DNA of 64,000 nt from Blastocatellia bacterium (lineage in GTDB: Bacteria > Acidobacteriota > Blastocatellia > UBA7656): the NCBI GenBank assembly GCA_963765495.1, contig CAVXWP010000002.1:352001-416000 (forward strand). Direction: 5' to 3'. Below, one piece after another: positions 41,492 to 49,900 of this stretch (within the stretch, counting starts at the first letter, position 1; every line of letters starts with the position of its first letter). The translations under genes were made by a program, and so were the position numbers. Below the pieces are notes generated by a model. It was not told the origin of the DNA. It was given only the letters and a program-made list of their open reading frames with translations, and searched no databases.

Positions 41492-41519
41492 GAATCCGCC
41501 TGATGAGTTGGCGGCGTAG
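41492..41519 (+). promoter_or_regulatory. Putative ECF-sigma promoter upstream of the cupredoxin operon
   Basis: GAATCC-N16-GCGTAG, with the same boxes and spacing as the motif upstream of the ECF sigma gene. Confidence 0.6.
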
Positions 41520-41593
41520 TAGGTTTGACATAAAATGGCTTTCTAAAAGCCCCGGTATCAGCAAGGTAAAAAGAGGTCGCGAGGAGATAAAAG

Positions 41594-42361
41594 ATGAATG
41601 GGTTTCTAGGGACCGGCGCAACTTTCCGCGCAGATGTAAATCTCCTGATTCAAATTGCGATGGGCTGCGCTCTTCTGTACGGCATGCTGCTGGCAAGACG
41701 AAAGAATTTTCGCGCGCACAAATATTGCCAGTCCACCGTAGTGGTGCTGAACCTTGTGATGATCTTCCTCATCATGGCCCCTTCGTTTCATCATCAGGTC
41801 GAACCTGATCTTCCCGCTCAACTCGGCGATGCCTTCCATGCAATCGCAACAATCCATGCGACGCTTGGCACTCTTGCGGAAGTCCTCGGTATTTACATAA
41901 TCCTGGTCGCGGCTACAAAAATCCTGCCCGTAAAGCTTCGCTTCAAACGCTACAAACCGTGGATGCGGACCGAGCTTGCGCTCTGGTGGATCGTGATCTT
42001 GCTTGGCATAGGCGTCTATTTCGTCTGGTACATCATTCCGCCGCCCGGGACTACTCCGCAACAGGCATCTGCCCCCGCTCAATCTGCGACGGCTGTGGTC
42101 ACAATCTCTAACTTCCAGTTTGACCCGAAGGAGTTGACCGTAGAAGCGGGAACCACTGTGGTCTGGATTGACCAGACGGGCCGACACACGGTAGAGGCAG
42201 ATGACGGCTCGTTCAAATCAGACCCTCTGACGGCGAATGGTCGCTTCGAGCACAGATTCGAGCAGCCGGGCAAGTTCCCTTATTTTTGCAGTTTTCATGG
42301 AGAACAGGGCGGTGTGGATATGGCCGGAGTCATAACCGTCACCCCACCCGGGCAACAGTAA
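41594..42361 (+). CDS. DUF420-like 4-TM protein fused to a C-terminal cupredoxin
   Basis: Four TM segments with AHKYC/IHA; HTV...YFCSFH...DM type-1 Cu ligands; GAGGAG RBS. Confidence 0.8.
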   Translation: MNGFLGTGATFRADVNLLIQIAMGCALLYGMLLARRKNFRAHKYCQSTVVVLNLVMIFLIMAPSFHHQVEPDLPAQLGDAFHAIATIHATLGTLAEVLGIYIILVAATKILPVKLRFKRYKPWMRTELALWWIVILLGIGVYFVWYIIPPPGTTPQQASAPAQSATAVVTISNFQFDPKELTVEAGTTVVWIDQTGRHTVEADDGSFKSDPLTANGRFEHRFEQPGKFPYFCSFHGEQGGVDMAGVITVTPPGQQ

Positions 42362-42398
42362 TTGCACGATTTCAATTGACGCTTCAAGGAGAGAAACT

Positions 42399-42788
42399 AT
42401 GAAAAGATTTCTGACACTGTTTTTGGCAACCGCAGTATCGCTGATGATTGTAATAGCCGTTATAGCAGCACATTCAAAGGTCGAAAAAGGCTCCGTGAAC
42501 AGGCCGGAAACCGCTACCGGCCCCGCCGCAAATGCTACAGTAAAGATAGTCGGGTTTGAGTTTCAGCCGAAATCGATCACCGTAGCACCAGGCACAACCG
42601 TCGAGTGGGTCAACGAAGGAACACGTCACAGCGTAGATGCCGATGACGGCTCTTTCAAATCCGAAGTGCTGAAGCAGGGCGATCACTTTACACACACATT
42701 TGATAAAGCTGGAACCTATCCTTATCACTGCCGCTTTCACGGTGAAGCGGGCGGCAAGGATATGGCCGGAAAGGTGATAGTAAAGTAA
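42399..42788 (+). CDS. Exported plastocyanin/amicyanin-like cupredoxin
   Basis: Signal peptide; FQPKSITVAPGTTVEW, HSV, YHCRFH...DMAG. Confidence 0.88.
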   Translation: MKRFLTLFLATAVSLMIVIAVIAAHSKVEKGSVNRPETATGPAANATVKIVGFEFQPKSITVAPGTTVEWVNEGTRHSVDADDGSFKSEVLKQGDHFTHTFDKAGTYPYHCRFHGEAGGKDMAGKVIVK

Positions 42789-42798
42789 CAACCTGATT

Positions 42799-42875
42799 TT
42801 AGACAGGATTGACAAGATTAACGGGGTTTTCGAAGTAGGCAGGAAAATCCTGTTAATCTTGTCAATCCTGTCTAA
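42799..42875. repeat. Palindromic repeat, family D (TTAGACAGGATT...AATCCTGTCTAA)
   Basis: Nonamer-built inverted arms; partial copy at 44261-44310. Confidence 0.75.
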
Positions 42876-42973
42876 GACAATTCCTGCGTGTTAGGGCCTT
42901 GCCATAGCTCGGGATTCGGCCTAATATCAAAGCCGAACTTTCTACGTTATGATGACGGAAACGGCTTTTTCCT

Positions 42974-43001
42974 GAATCCAAAGGCTCCAGGCAGGGCGTA
43001 G
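42974..43001 (+). promoter_or_regulatory. Putative autoregulatory ECF promoter
   Basis: GAATCC-N16-GCGTAG ending 9 nt before the first ATG of the sigma ORF. Confidence 0.6.
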
Positions 43002-43010
43002 AGAGGGCGG

Positions 43011-43646
43011 ATGGTACCTTATCAAATAAAATTAAAAGGTGTAGCGAGCTTGGCAGTGCAGAGCGTTATCGAATTCGACAGCCAGGGCCAGCAATGGGCG
43101 GCGCTTATCCACAGGATAGCCGGTGGCGACCAGATTGCCCTGGGCACATTTTATGATTCTACAAGCAGCCTGGTCTTTGGCCTGATGTTGCGAATGCTCA
43201 CGGACCGCGCCACCGCCGAAGAGGTGCTGCTTGATGTTTACAAACAGGTCTGGCGACAGGCATCACTTTATGACAACAGTAGAGGCACTCCGCTTGGCTG
43301 GCTGCTGGTCATAGCTCGTTCCCGCGCACTGGACCGGCTCAGATCAAACAAGCGAGAGCGACAACTAAAAGAGGCGCTCTTTTATCAACCCGGCATAAAT
43401 CCCTTCCCGATCAACCCCGAACAGGCCTCCGTCATATCAGAGCAACAAAGATTTGTTCGCTCGGCGCTGGACGCGCTCCCCGCCGAACAACGAGAAGTGA
43501 TCGAGCTAGCTTATTTTTCAGGTCTTTCACAAAGCGAGATTGCAAAGATGTTAGACCAGCCGCTTGGCACGGTTAAGACACGAACAAGACTTGGAATGAT
43601 AAAGCTGCGCGAATTGCTCGGCCATATATTGGAGGAAAAATTATGA
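43011..43646 (+). CDS. ECF RNA polymerase sigma factor (SigK-like)
   Basis: AEEVLLDVY..VW, WLLVIARSRALDRLR, LAYFSGLSQSEIA...PLGTVKTR; true start may lie slightly downstream. Confidence 0.92.
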   Translation: MVPYQIKLKGVASLAVQSVIEFDSQGQQWAALIHRIAGGDQIALGTFYDSTSSLVFGLMLRMLTDRATAEEVLLDVYKQVWRQASLYDNSRGTPLGWLLVIARSRALDRLRSNKRERQLKEALFYQPGINPFPINPEQASVISEQQRFVRSALDALPAEQREVIELAYFSGLSQSEIAKMLDQPLGTVKTRTRLGMIKLRELLGHILEEKL

Positions 43647-44263
43647 GCCATAATCTGTCGCAGGACGAGATAACCGAGCAGGCGGCCTTATATGCTGTGG
43701 GATGTCTTTCGGAAGACGAAGCCATGGCATTTGAAAACCACCTGGCCGAAGGGTGTGATCGGTGTAACGAAGAACTGAGCGCATTCAATCTGGTATTTGA
43801 AAAACTGGGATACGGCGCGATACCCGAAGCCCCTCCCGCGAGCCTGCGAGACAGGCTCTTTGCCGATCTCGACTACGCGGAACCGTCTCGTCAAATCGCT
43901 TCATTTGATGATCCAGTTTCCGGGTCGCTTACCATACGCGCAAGTGAAGGCGAGTGGGTTAAATTAGGGGGTGGAGTATTTACAAAACACCTTTTCTCAG
44001 ACAAATCTTTGGGAACCGTGACCACGATGTTCAAGCTGATGCCCGGGGCGCACATGCCAAGCCATCGCCATCTGGGCGTAGAACAATGCATGATGCTCGA
44101 AGGCGATTTCCACGTAAACGATGAAGTCCTCGGGCCGGGCGATTTTCATTGCAGCCTGCCCTATAGCATCGACGATAAGCTCTTTACTGTCGGAGGCGCT
44201 CTATTTTTGATCATTGCGCCGGAAAGATGCGAGTTTCTGGATTCCGGCGAGCACTGCTCTTAG
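43643..44263 (+). CDS. ChrR-like anti-sigma factor (Zn-binding ASD plus cupin)
   Basis: 4-bp overlap with the sigma gene; HLAEGCDRC; cupin PSHRHLGVEQ...LEG...GDF. Confidence 0.85.
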   Translation: MSHNLSQDEITEQAALYAVGCLSEDEAMAFENHLAEGCDRCNEELSAFNLVFEKLGYGAIPEAPPASLRDRLFADLDYAEPSRQIASFDDPVSGSLTIRASEGEWVKLGGGVFTKHLFSDKSLGTVTTMFKLMPGAHMPSHRHLGVEQCMMLEGDFHVNDEVLGPGDFHCSLPYSIDDKLFTVGGALFLIIAPERCEFLDSGEHCS

Positions 44264-44320
44264 ACAGGATTTACAGGATTAACCAGGATTTGAAAAGATT
44301 TCAATCCTGACCGGATCTTG

Positions 44321-44366
44321 CGCGAGAAACGCCGAATGCTCTATCGAGTATTCGGCGTTTCTCGCG
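44321..44366. terminator. Long hairpin between the convergent anti-sigma and copA genes
   Basis: CGCGAGAAACGCCGAATGCTC-TATC-GAGTATTCGGCGTTTCTCGCG, a 21-bp stem. Confidence 0.6.
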
Positions 44367-44385
44367 TTGTAGGCCGACTTTTCGA

Positions 44386-46884
44386 CTACAATTTCAGGCC
44401 TCGCAGTCTCAGAGCATTGCCGATCACCGAAACCGAACTGAGACTCATCGCGGCGCTAGCAAACATCGGACTCAGCAGCAGTCCGAATACGGGATAGAGC
44501 GCCCCCGCCGCAATCGGCACTCCCAGCGAGTTGTATAAGAAAGCGAAAAAGAGGTTCTGGCGGATATTGCTCATCGTGGCGCGGCTGAGTTTGCGGGCGC
44601 GCACTATGCCGCGAAGATCGCCCTTCACAAGCGTAACGCCCGCGCTTTCAATCGCCACATCCGTACCCGTTCCCATAGCTATTCCCACCTCCGCCTGCGC
44701 GAGAGCGGGCGCGTCATTTACTCCATCGCCCGCCATTGCAACAACACGGCCTTCGGATTGAAGCCGAAGAATGACCGCGCTTTTTTCTTCGGGCAGGACA
44801 TCGGCCTCGATCTCGTCAATCCCGAGTTTGCGCGCCACCGCTTCCGCCGTAGTACGGTTGTCTCCCGTCAGCATCACTATGCGAATGCCTTCGCCGTGCA
44901 AATCTCTTATGGCTTCGACAGTCGATTCTTTTATGGGGTCTGCTACGCCAAGAAGTCCGGCGAGTTTGCCATCCACCGCCACAAACATTACGGTCTCGCC
45001 TTCCTTGCGAAGATTCTCCGCCTGCTGGACGGGACCGCTCGCTTCGATAGAGAGATGCTCAAGCAATTTGCCGTTGCCAAGCGCGACCGCGCGGCCCTCG
45101 ACTCTGCCAATAACGCCTTTCCCGGTTACGGAATCGAACTCTTCGGCATCAGGCAAATTTAACCCTTTACGGCGAGCGCCTTCGACAATAGCCTCGGCAA
45201 GCGGGTGCTCGCTGCCTCGTTCAAGCCCGGCGGCCACGCGCAGCAAATCTTCTTCATTCCAATCAGCGAGGATGATTACCGATGTCAGGCGCGGCTTGCC
45301 TTCGGTCAGGGTGCCGGTCTTGTCCACCACGAGCGTATCGACTTTTTCCATCACCTCAAGAGCCTCGGCATTCTTTATCAGCACACCGGATGTGGCTCCG
45401 CGTCCCGTGCCCACCATAATAGACATGGGCGTAGCCAGCCCGAGCGCGCAGGGGCACGCGATGATGAGCACCGCCACCGCGTTGACCAGCGCATAAATCA
45501 TGCGCGGCTGCGGCCCGGCGAGGCTCCACACGATGAACGTGAGGGCAGCTGCGGCTACGACCGTCGGTACGAAATATGAAGAGACCCGGTCGGCAAGACG
45601 TTGAACGGGCGCCCGGCTGCGTTGAGCCTCGCTCACCATCTGCACGATTCGAGCAAGCAATGTTTCGCTTCCCACTCGTTCGGCTTCCATAACAAAGCTG
45701 CCCGTGGTGTTGACCGTACCTCCGGTTATCGGATCATCGGGCTTTTTTTCCACCGGGACGGGCTCGCCCGTCACCATAGATTCATCCACAAAGCTCGCGC
45801 CTTCGACGACCTTCCCGTCAACAGGGATTTTTTCTCCGGGACGCACGCGCAGGCGGTCGCCCGGATTGACCCGATCAAGCGGGACTTCCTCTTCGCTCCC
45901 ATCATTACGGATGATGCGAGCAGTCGCGGGAGCAAGCCCAAGCAACGCCTTTATCGCGCTGCCGGTTTGAGCGCGCGCCCGCAGTTCAAGCACCTGCCCG
46001 AGCAACACCAGAACCGTTATGGTCGCAGCCGCTTCAAAATAGACGCTCACTTCGCCTCCATGTCCGCGAAACGAAGCGGGGAAAATATTTGGAAAGAGAG
46101 TGGCGACCACGCTGAATAGATAAGCCACGCCCGTGCCCAGCGCTATCAGCGTGAACATGTTCAGGCTGCGATTGACGATTGATGCCCAGCCGCGCTCAAA
46201 GAAAGGCGCACCAGCCCAGATGACTACAGGTGTGGCCAGAGCAAGCTGAATAAAATTCAAAGTGCGAGGTGAAATCGCGTGCAGGACCGATAATCCAGAA
46301 ATCATGTCCGCCATCGCAAGGACGAGCAAAGGGATCGTGAGGACAAGACCTATCCTGAACCGGCGCGTCATATCTTCAAGCTCTTCGTTTTTTTCCTCGC
46401 CGGTCACTGTCACAGGTTCGAGCGCCATTCCGCAAATGGGACAATTGCCCGGCTCATCTCGCACGATCTCCGGGTGCATCGGACAGGTGTACTGTGTTTT
46501 CTTAGCGGTGGCCCGGGTGGTCATCGGCTCAAGCGCCATTCCGCATTTAGGGCAAATGCCGGGACCGGTTTTTTGGATCTCGGGGTCCATCGGGCAGATG
46601 TATGTCTCATCCGTTTCTGGCTTTTGTTTGGTTTGATGATGAACGTGTTTCGAGGAGATTTCGCCTGCCCCGGACACAAGATATTTTTCAGGATCGGCTC
46701 GAAACTTCTCCAGACAATGCTTGCTGCAAAAGTAGTAAGTTTCTCCCTTGAATTCAAAAGACCCTGCGGCGGTCTCGGGGCGCACATCCATGCCACAGAC
46801 TAAATCTTTTACTTTCACCTCGCCGCCCGTCTGATCCGCCGCCTGTTTTGTGAGGACGGGGTGAGATTTTCCATGTGAGTTCAT
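44386..46884 (-). CDS. copA: Cu(I)/Ag(I)-translocating P1B-type ATPase with YHS and two CPMxP metal-binding domains
   Basis: DLVCGM...YYFCS (YHS), [38 protein letters not shown]...MSLSS. Confidence 0.92.
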   Translation of the reverse strand: MNSHGKSHPVLTKQAADQTGGEVKVKDLVCGMDVRPETAAGSFEFKGETYYFCSKHCLEKFRADPEKYLVSGAGEISSKHVHHQTKQKPETDETYICPMDPEIQKTGPGICPKCGMALEPMTTRATAKKTQYTCPMHPEIVRDEPGNCPICGMALEPVTVTGEEKNEELEDMTRRFRIGLVLTIPLLVLAMADMISGLSVLHAISPRTLNFIQLALATPVVIWAGAPFFERGWASIVNRSLNMFTLIALGTGVAYLFSVVATLFPNIFPASFRGHGGEVSVYFEAAATITVLVLLGQVLELRARAQTGSAIKALLGLAPATARIIRNDGSEEEVPLDRVNPGDRLRVRPGEKIPVDGKVVEGASFVDESMVTGEPVPVEKKPDDPITGGTVNTTGSFVMEAERVGSETLLARIVQMVSEAQRSRAPVQRLADRVSSYFVPTVVAAAALTFIVWSLAGPQPRMIYALVNAVAVLIIACPCALGLATPMSIMVGTGRGATSGVLIKNAEALEVMEKVDTLVVDKTGTLTEGKPRLTSVIILADWNEEDLLRVAAGLERGSEHPLAEAIVEGARRKGLNLPDAEEFDSVTGKGVIGRVEGRAVALGNGKLLEHLSIEASGPVQQAENLRKEGETVMFVAVDGKLAGLLGVADPIKESTVEAIRDLHGEGIRIVMLTGDNRTTAEAVARKLGIDEIEADVLPEEKSAVILRLQSEGRVVAMAGDGVNDAPALAQAEVGIAMGTGTDVAIESAGVTLVKGDLRGIVRARKLSRATMSNIRQNLFFAFLYNSLGVPIAAGALYPVFGLLLSPMFASAAMSLSSVSVIGNALRLRGLKL

Positions 46885-47049
46885 CGTCAATTCGCTCCTT
46901 GCGACCTGAGTTGATCGAGTGCAGATGCTTTTAATCAGCCTCTATCGCGTGTAGTCATTAATCATTATAGTTCGATCCGTTTCTCCTGGCCTAATGGCCT
47001 TCTTTCCCTGCCTGTAGTGGTTAAGGCGCAATTGAAGAAAAGGCAAGTG

Positions 47050-47095
47050 GAAATAGGCCGGGACGGACGCATTCGCGCCCGTCCCGGCCTATTTC
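47050..47095. repeat. Family C palindrome (short form), downstream of ssb
   Basis: GAAATAGGCCGGGACGG...CCGTCCCGGCCTATTTC. Confidence 0.75.
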
Positions 47096-47181
47096 ATATT
47101 CCTGGTCTACATTCCGGCAAACAAAATGGGACTGCGAATGTAGAGTCGCCTCTAATTTATCTGGTCGATCCCGCCGATAAC

Positions 47182-47631
47182 TCAGAACGGGATTTCATCA
47201 TCGTCAAAGTTGATGGATTTCGACGGCGCTGCCTGCGGGCGCTTTTCGTCAGGGGCCGCGCCCGCCCTCGCCGATGACACTCTGGGCTGGTCGCCTTCGG
47301 AAGCCGGCGACAGAAACTGAATGTCGGTCCCTCGCACCTCAAGACTCGACCTCGTCGCCCCTTCCTTGTCGGTCCAATCGCGCTGCGACAGGTTGCCTTC
47401 TACATAAACTTGCCGCCCCTTGGTCAGGTACTGGCTCGCAAGCTCGGCCTGCCGACCGAAAAGGCTCACCCGAAACCAGGTAGTGTTGTCCTGGTATTCG
47501 CCCGACTTGTCTTTTCGCCGCTCGGTGGTCGCTATCGAAAAATCACAAACCGGCGTGCCCTGCGGTGTGTATCGCAACTCGGGGTCGCGCCCTAAATAGC
47601 CGATGATCATTATCTTGTTGAAACTCGACAT
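47182..47631 (-). CDS. ssb: Single-stranded DNA-binding protein
   Basis: NKIMIIGYLGRDPELRYT, KGRQVYVEG, acidic tail DDDEIPF. Confidence 0.96.
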   Translation of the reverse strand: MSSFNKIMIIGYLGRDPELRYTPQGTPVCDFSIATTERRKDKSGEYQDNTTWFRVSLFGRQAELASQYLTKGRQVYVEGNLSQRDWTDKEGATRSSLEVRGTDIQFLSPASEGDQPRVSSARAGAAPDEKRPQAAPSKSINFDDDEIPF

Positions 47632-47703
47632 CTCATTGACTCCTTTCAGAGCACGACTGTATCACGTATGCAACGATGTTGCAAGATTTTTTTTGAATTT
47701 AAC

Positions 47704-49776
47704 TCAATTATGACCGTTATCGGGCAGGAAGTCGCCGGCAAGGGCAACGAGACCTGAGGAATCGCGCACTTCGATGCGGGTAATATGACTAAACAGTTGA
47801 GGGATTGAAGGGGGGACATTTGTATCCGAGGATTCTTTTATCATTTGGAATCGGAGGACGCCCCGCTCTGATGTAGCGGTTCGAGCGATCGCCCGTCCAA
47901 GTTCGACTCCATCGGCAAGAATAGTGTAAGAGGCATCAGGCACGAGGTAGACGGCTTTCACAACCATTTCCTGATGACTACCGGCAATCTTCATGTAGGC
48001 GATGCCTGCCGCCCGAGGCAGATAGCCGATTGGCGAAAGAGGGGTCTTTTTCTCTAAGACCTGTGTCGCAGGAGAGCCCGGACCTGAGCCTGGGGCGAAG
48101 TCGCCTTGAAGCACGACCCGGTCTTCCTTGCGCAATTCTATGTGTTTGATCGAAGTCACGGGTTTGAGCGTGGTAGGAAGCGGCAAACGAGTCACGCCCG
48201 GCCCGGCGGCGTCTCTGCTTTCATTTGTCAGCACAAGGGCAAGCCCGCCGAAATTGTTTGCGATCACTCCATTTGGAGATACCTGCTTGCCATCAACGAG
48301 CAACGTATAACGGGCGCGGGGGTCCAGACCCCGCGCCGTGATTTCGAGTTCCTGCACATATCCCGTGATTGAAGTATCGGCAGACGCCTCGGCTTTTGAT
48401 TGCTCGGTAACAGGAACGAGTCTGATGCTTGTGTAATTCCCTGCCGGAGCGAAATCCATATAGATGCTGTCGAGCGCGGCGATCAAATCAATGCGTCCTT
48501 TGCCGAGTTTGCCCGAAAACTCGGCGTTGATCGAGTCTATGGCAAAGGCTGTCTCCTCAATCTTATCCGAGGCGCTGGCTCTTGGGTCTTCGGCGATTAT
48601 GAGCGCGGCTTCGGCAGATGTCAGAGGCGCTGCAAAAGAGGTCCCGCTCCATACGGCGTAATCCCCCGGGCTTGCCCCGAGACCTGGGAATGTGCTCGTC
48701 AGTCTCACTCCCGGCGCAGAGACGGCAACCTTGCTTCCAAAATTTGAAAAGGGAGCCTTGCGACTGTCGGCATCTATCGCGGCAATTCCAAGTACGTGTT
48801 TCATGTTGGCCGGATAGCTCGGGCGGCTGTCGGTATCCTGATCATCATTTCCCATGGCAGCGACCAGGGTTGCGCCGCGTTGAGCCGCGTATTTGATCGC
48901 ATCCTTCACGACTTGCGATTTATTTGCGGAGCCGAAACTGAGATTGATTACATCGGCTCCGTGATCGGCCGCATACTTGATGGCATCGGCCACGATAAAG
49001 GCGTTGCTGATGCCTTCGGGATTGAAGGCCCGTATCGGCATTATCTGCGCATCGGGGGCGATGAGCGCGATCAACCCGGCAATAAACGTACCGTGCCCGG
49101 CTATTGAATCTTCCGAGTCGGAGGATTGTTCCGCAGGGTCATTATCGTTATCGATAAAATCCCAGCCGTAAGCATCATTTATAAAGCCATCGTTATCGCC
49201 ATCCATCTCTGAGGCTGCACCCTGGCTAAGCTCGCGAGGATCAACCCACAGGTGAGTTACGAGGTCGGGGTGCGTGCGGTCTATGCCCGTATCGATGACC
49301 GCTACGACTACGCCTGCGCCACGCGAACGCAACCTTACATCGCCTATACGAAGCAGGGAGAAAAGATCGGGCTGCGACAGATATTCTTCTCGATAATGGC
49401 CCGGTTTGGGATGCCCATCGGGGAAGCCCACAGTAGAACGCGAAAAGACCGTGAACGGGCTTGTGATGACCGGGTTTAATGAGGCGCTCAACACGTCCCG
49501 GTCTGCCGCCATGCGTTTGAGCCATTTTTCGATCTTCTTAGCTTCGGGGACGAGCAATCGGTAAAAGTTAGTTCCGCTGATTCGATGAATCGTGGTTGTC
49601 CGATTACGGGCGTTAACAGCATCAATCGAGGCACCCGGCTTGAGTTCGGCAATGATCTCTCCGTTGCGAAATGTTCCTATAATCTCGGGCATTGAATCCG
49701 CCCGTGTTCCAGGCGAGAAGGATATTAATATACACAGGGCAAGCAACCATTGGATATTCTCTTTGAGAAAGTTCAT
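47704..49776 (-). CDS. Secreted S8 (subtilisin-like) serine peptidase with C-terminal repeated beta domains
   Basis: Signal peptide, propeptide, VIDTGID, GHGTFIAG, GTSFAAP; two similar C-terminal units (..YTLLVDG / ..YTILADG); GAGGA RBS before ATG 49776. Confidence 0.88.
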   Translation of the reverse strand: MNFLKENIQWLLALCILISFSPGTRADSMPEIIGTFRNGEIIAELKPGASIDAVNARNRTTTIHRISGTNFYRLLVPEAKKIEKWLKRMAADRDVLSASLNPVITSPFTVFSRSTVGFPDGHPKPGHYREEYLSQPDLFSLLRIGDVRLRSRGAGVVVAVIDTGIDRTHPDLVTHLWVDPRELSQGAASEMDGDNDGFINDAYGWDFIDNDNDPAEQSSDSEDSIAGHGTFIAGLIALIAPDAQIMPIRAFNPEGISNAFIVADAIKYAADHGADVINLSFGSANKSQVVKDAIKYAAQRGATLVAAMGNDDQDTDSRPSYPANMKHVLGIAAIDADSRKAPFSNFGSKVAVSAPGVRLTSTFPGLGASPGDYAVWSGTSFAAPLTSAEAALIIAEDPRASASDKIEETAFAIDSINAEFSGKLGKGRIDLIAALDSIYMDFAPAGNYTSIRLVPVTEQSKAEASADTSITGYVQELEITARGLDPRARYTLLVDGKQVSPNGVIANNFGGLALVLTNESRDAAGPGVTRLPLPTTLKPVTSIKHIELRKEDRVVLQGDFAPGSGPGSPATQVLEKKTPLSPIGYLPRAAGIAYMKIAGSHQEMVVKAVYLVPDASYTILADGVELGRAIARTATSERGVLRFQMIKESSDTNVPPSIPQLFSHITRIEVRDSSGLVALAGDFLPDNGHN

Positions 49777-49847
49777 ATTGCCGTCCTCACAACACGTGGC
49801 CAAAGAGCCTTGATCCCAATCCCGGCAAGCACCCTTGAATTGACAGC

Positions 49848-49856
49848 ATTATAGCA
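49848..49856 (-). promoter_or_regulatory. Extended -10 element upstream of the S8 gene
   Basis: Minus strand reads TGCTATAAT. Confidence 0.45.
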
Positions 49857-49867
49857 CGCCTGCGCCG

Positions 49868-49900
49868 GGATAGGCAGTGGTCAGTGACCACTGCCTATCC
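49868..49900. terminator. Perfect inverted repeat overlapping the CHAT gene stop
   Basis: GGATAGGCAGTGGTCA-G-TGACCACTGCCTATCC; no U-tract. Confidence 0.45.
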
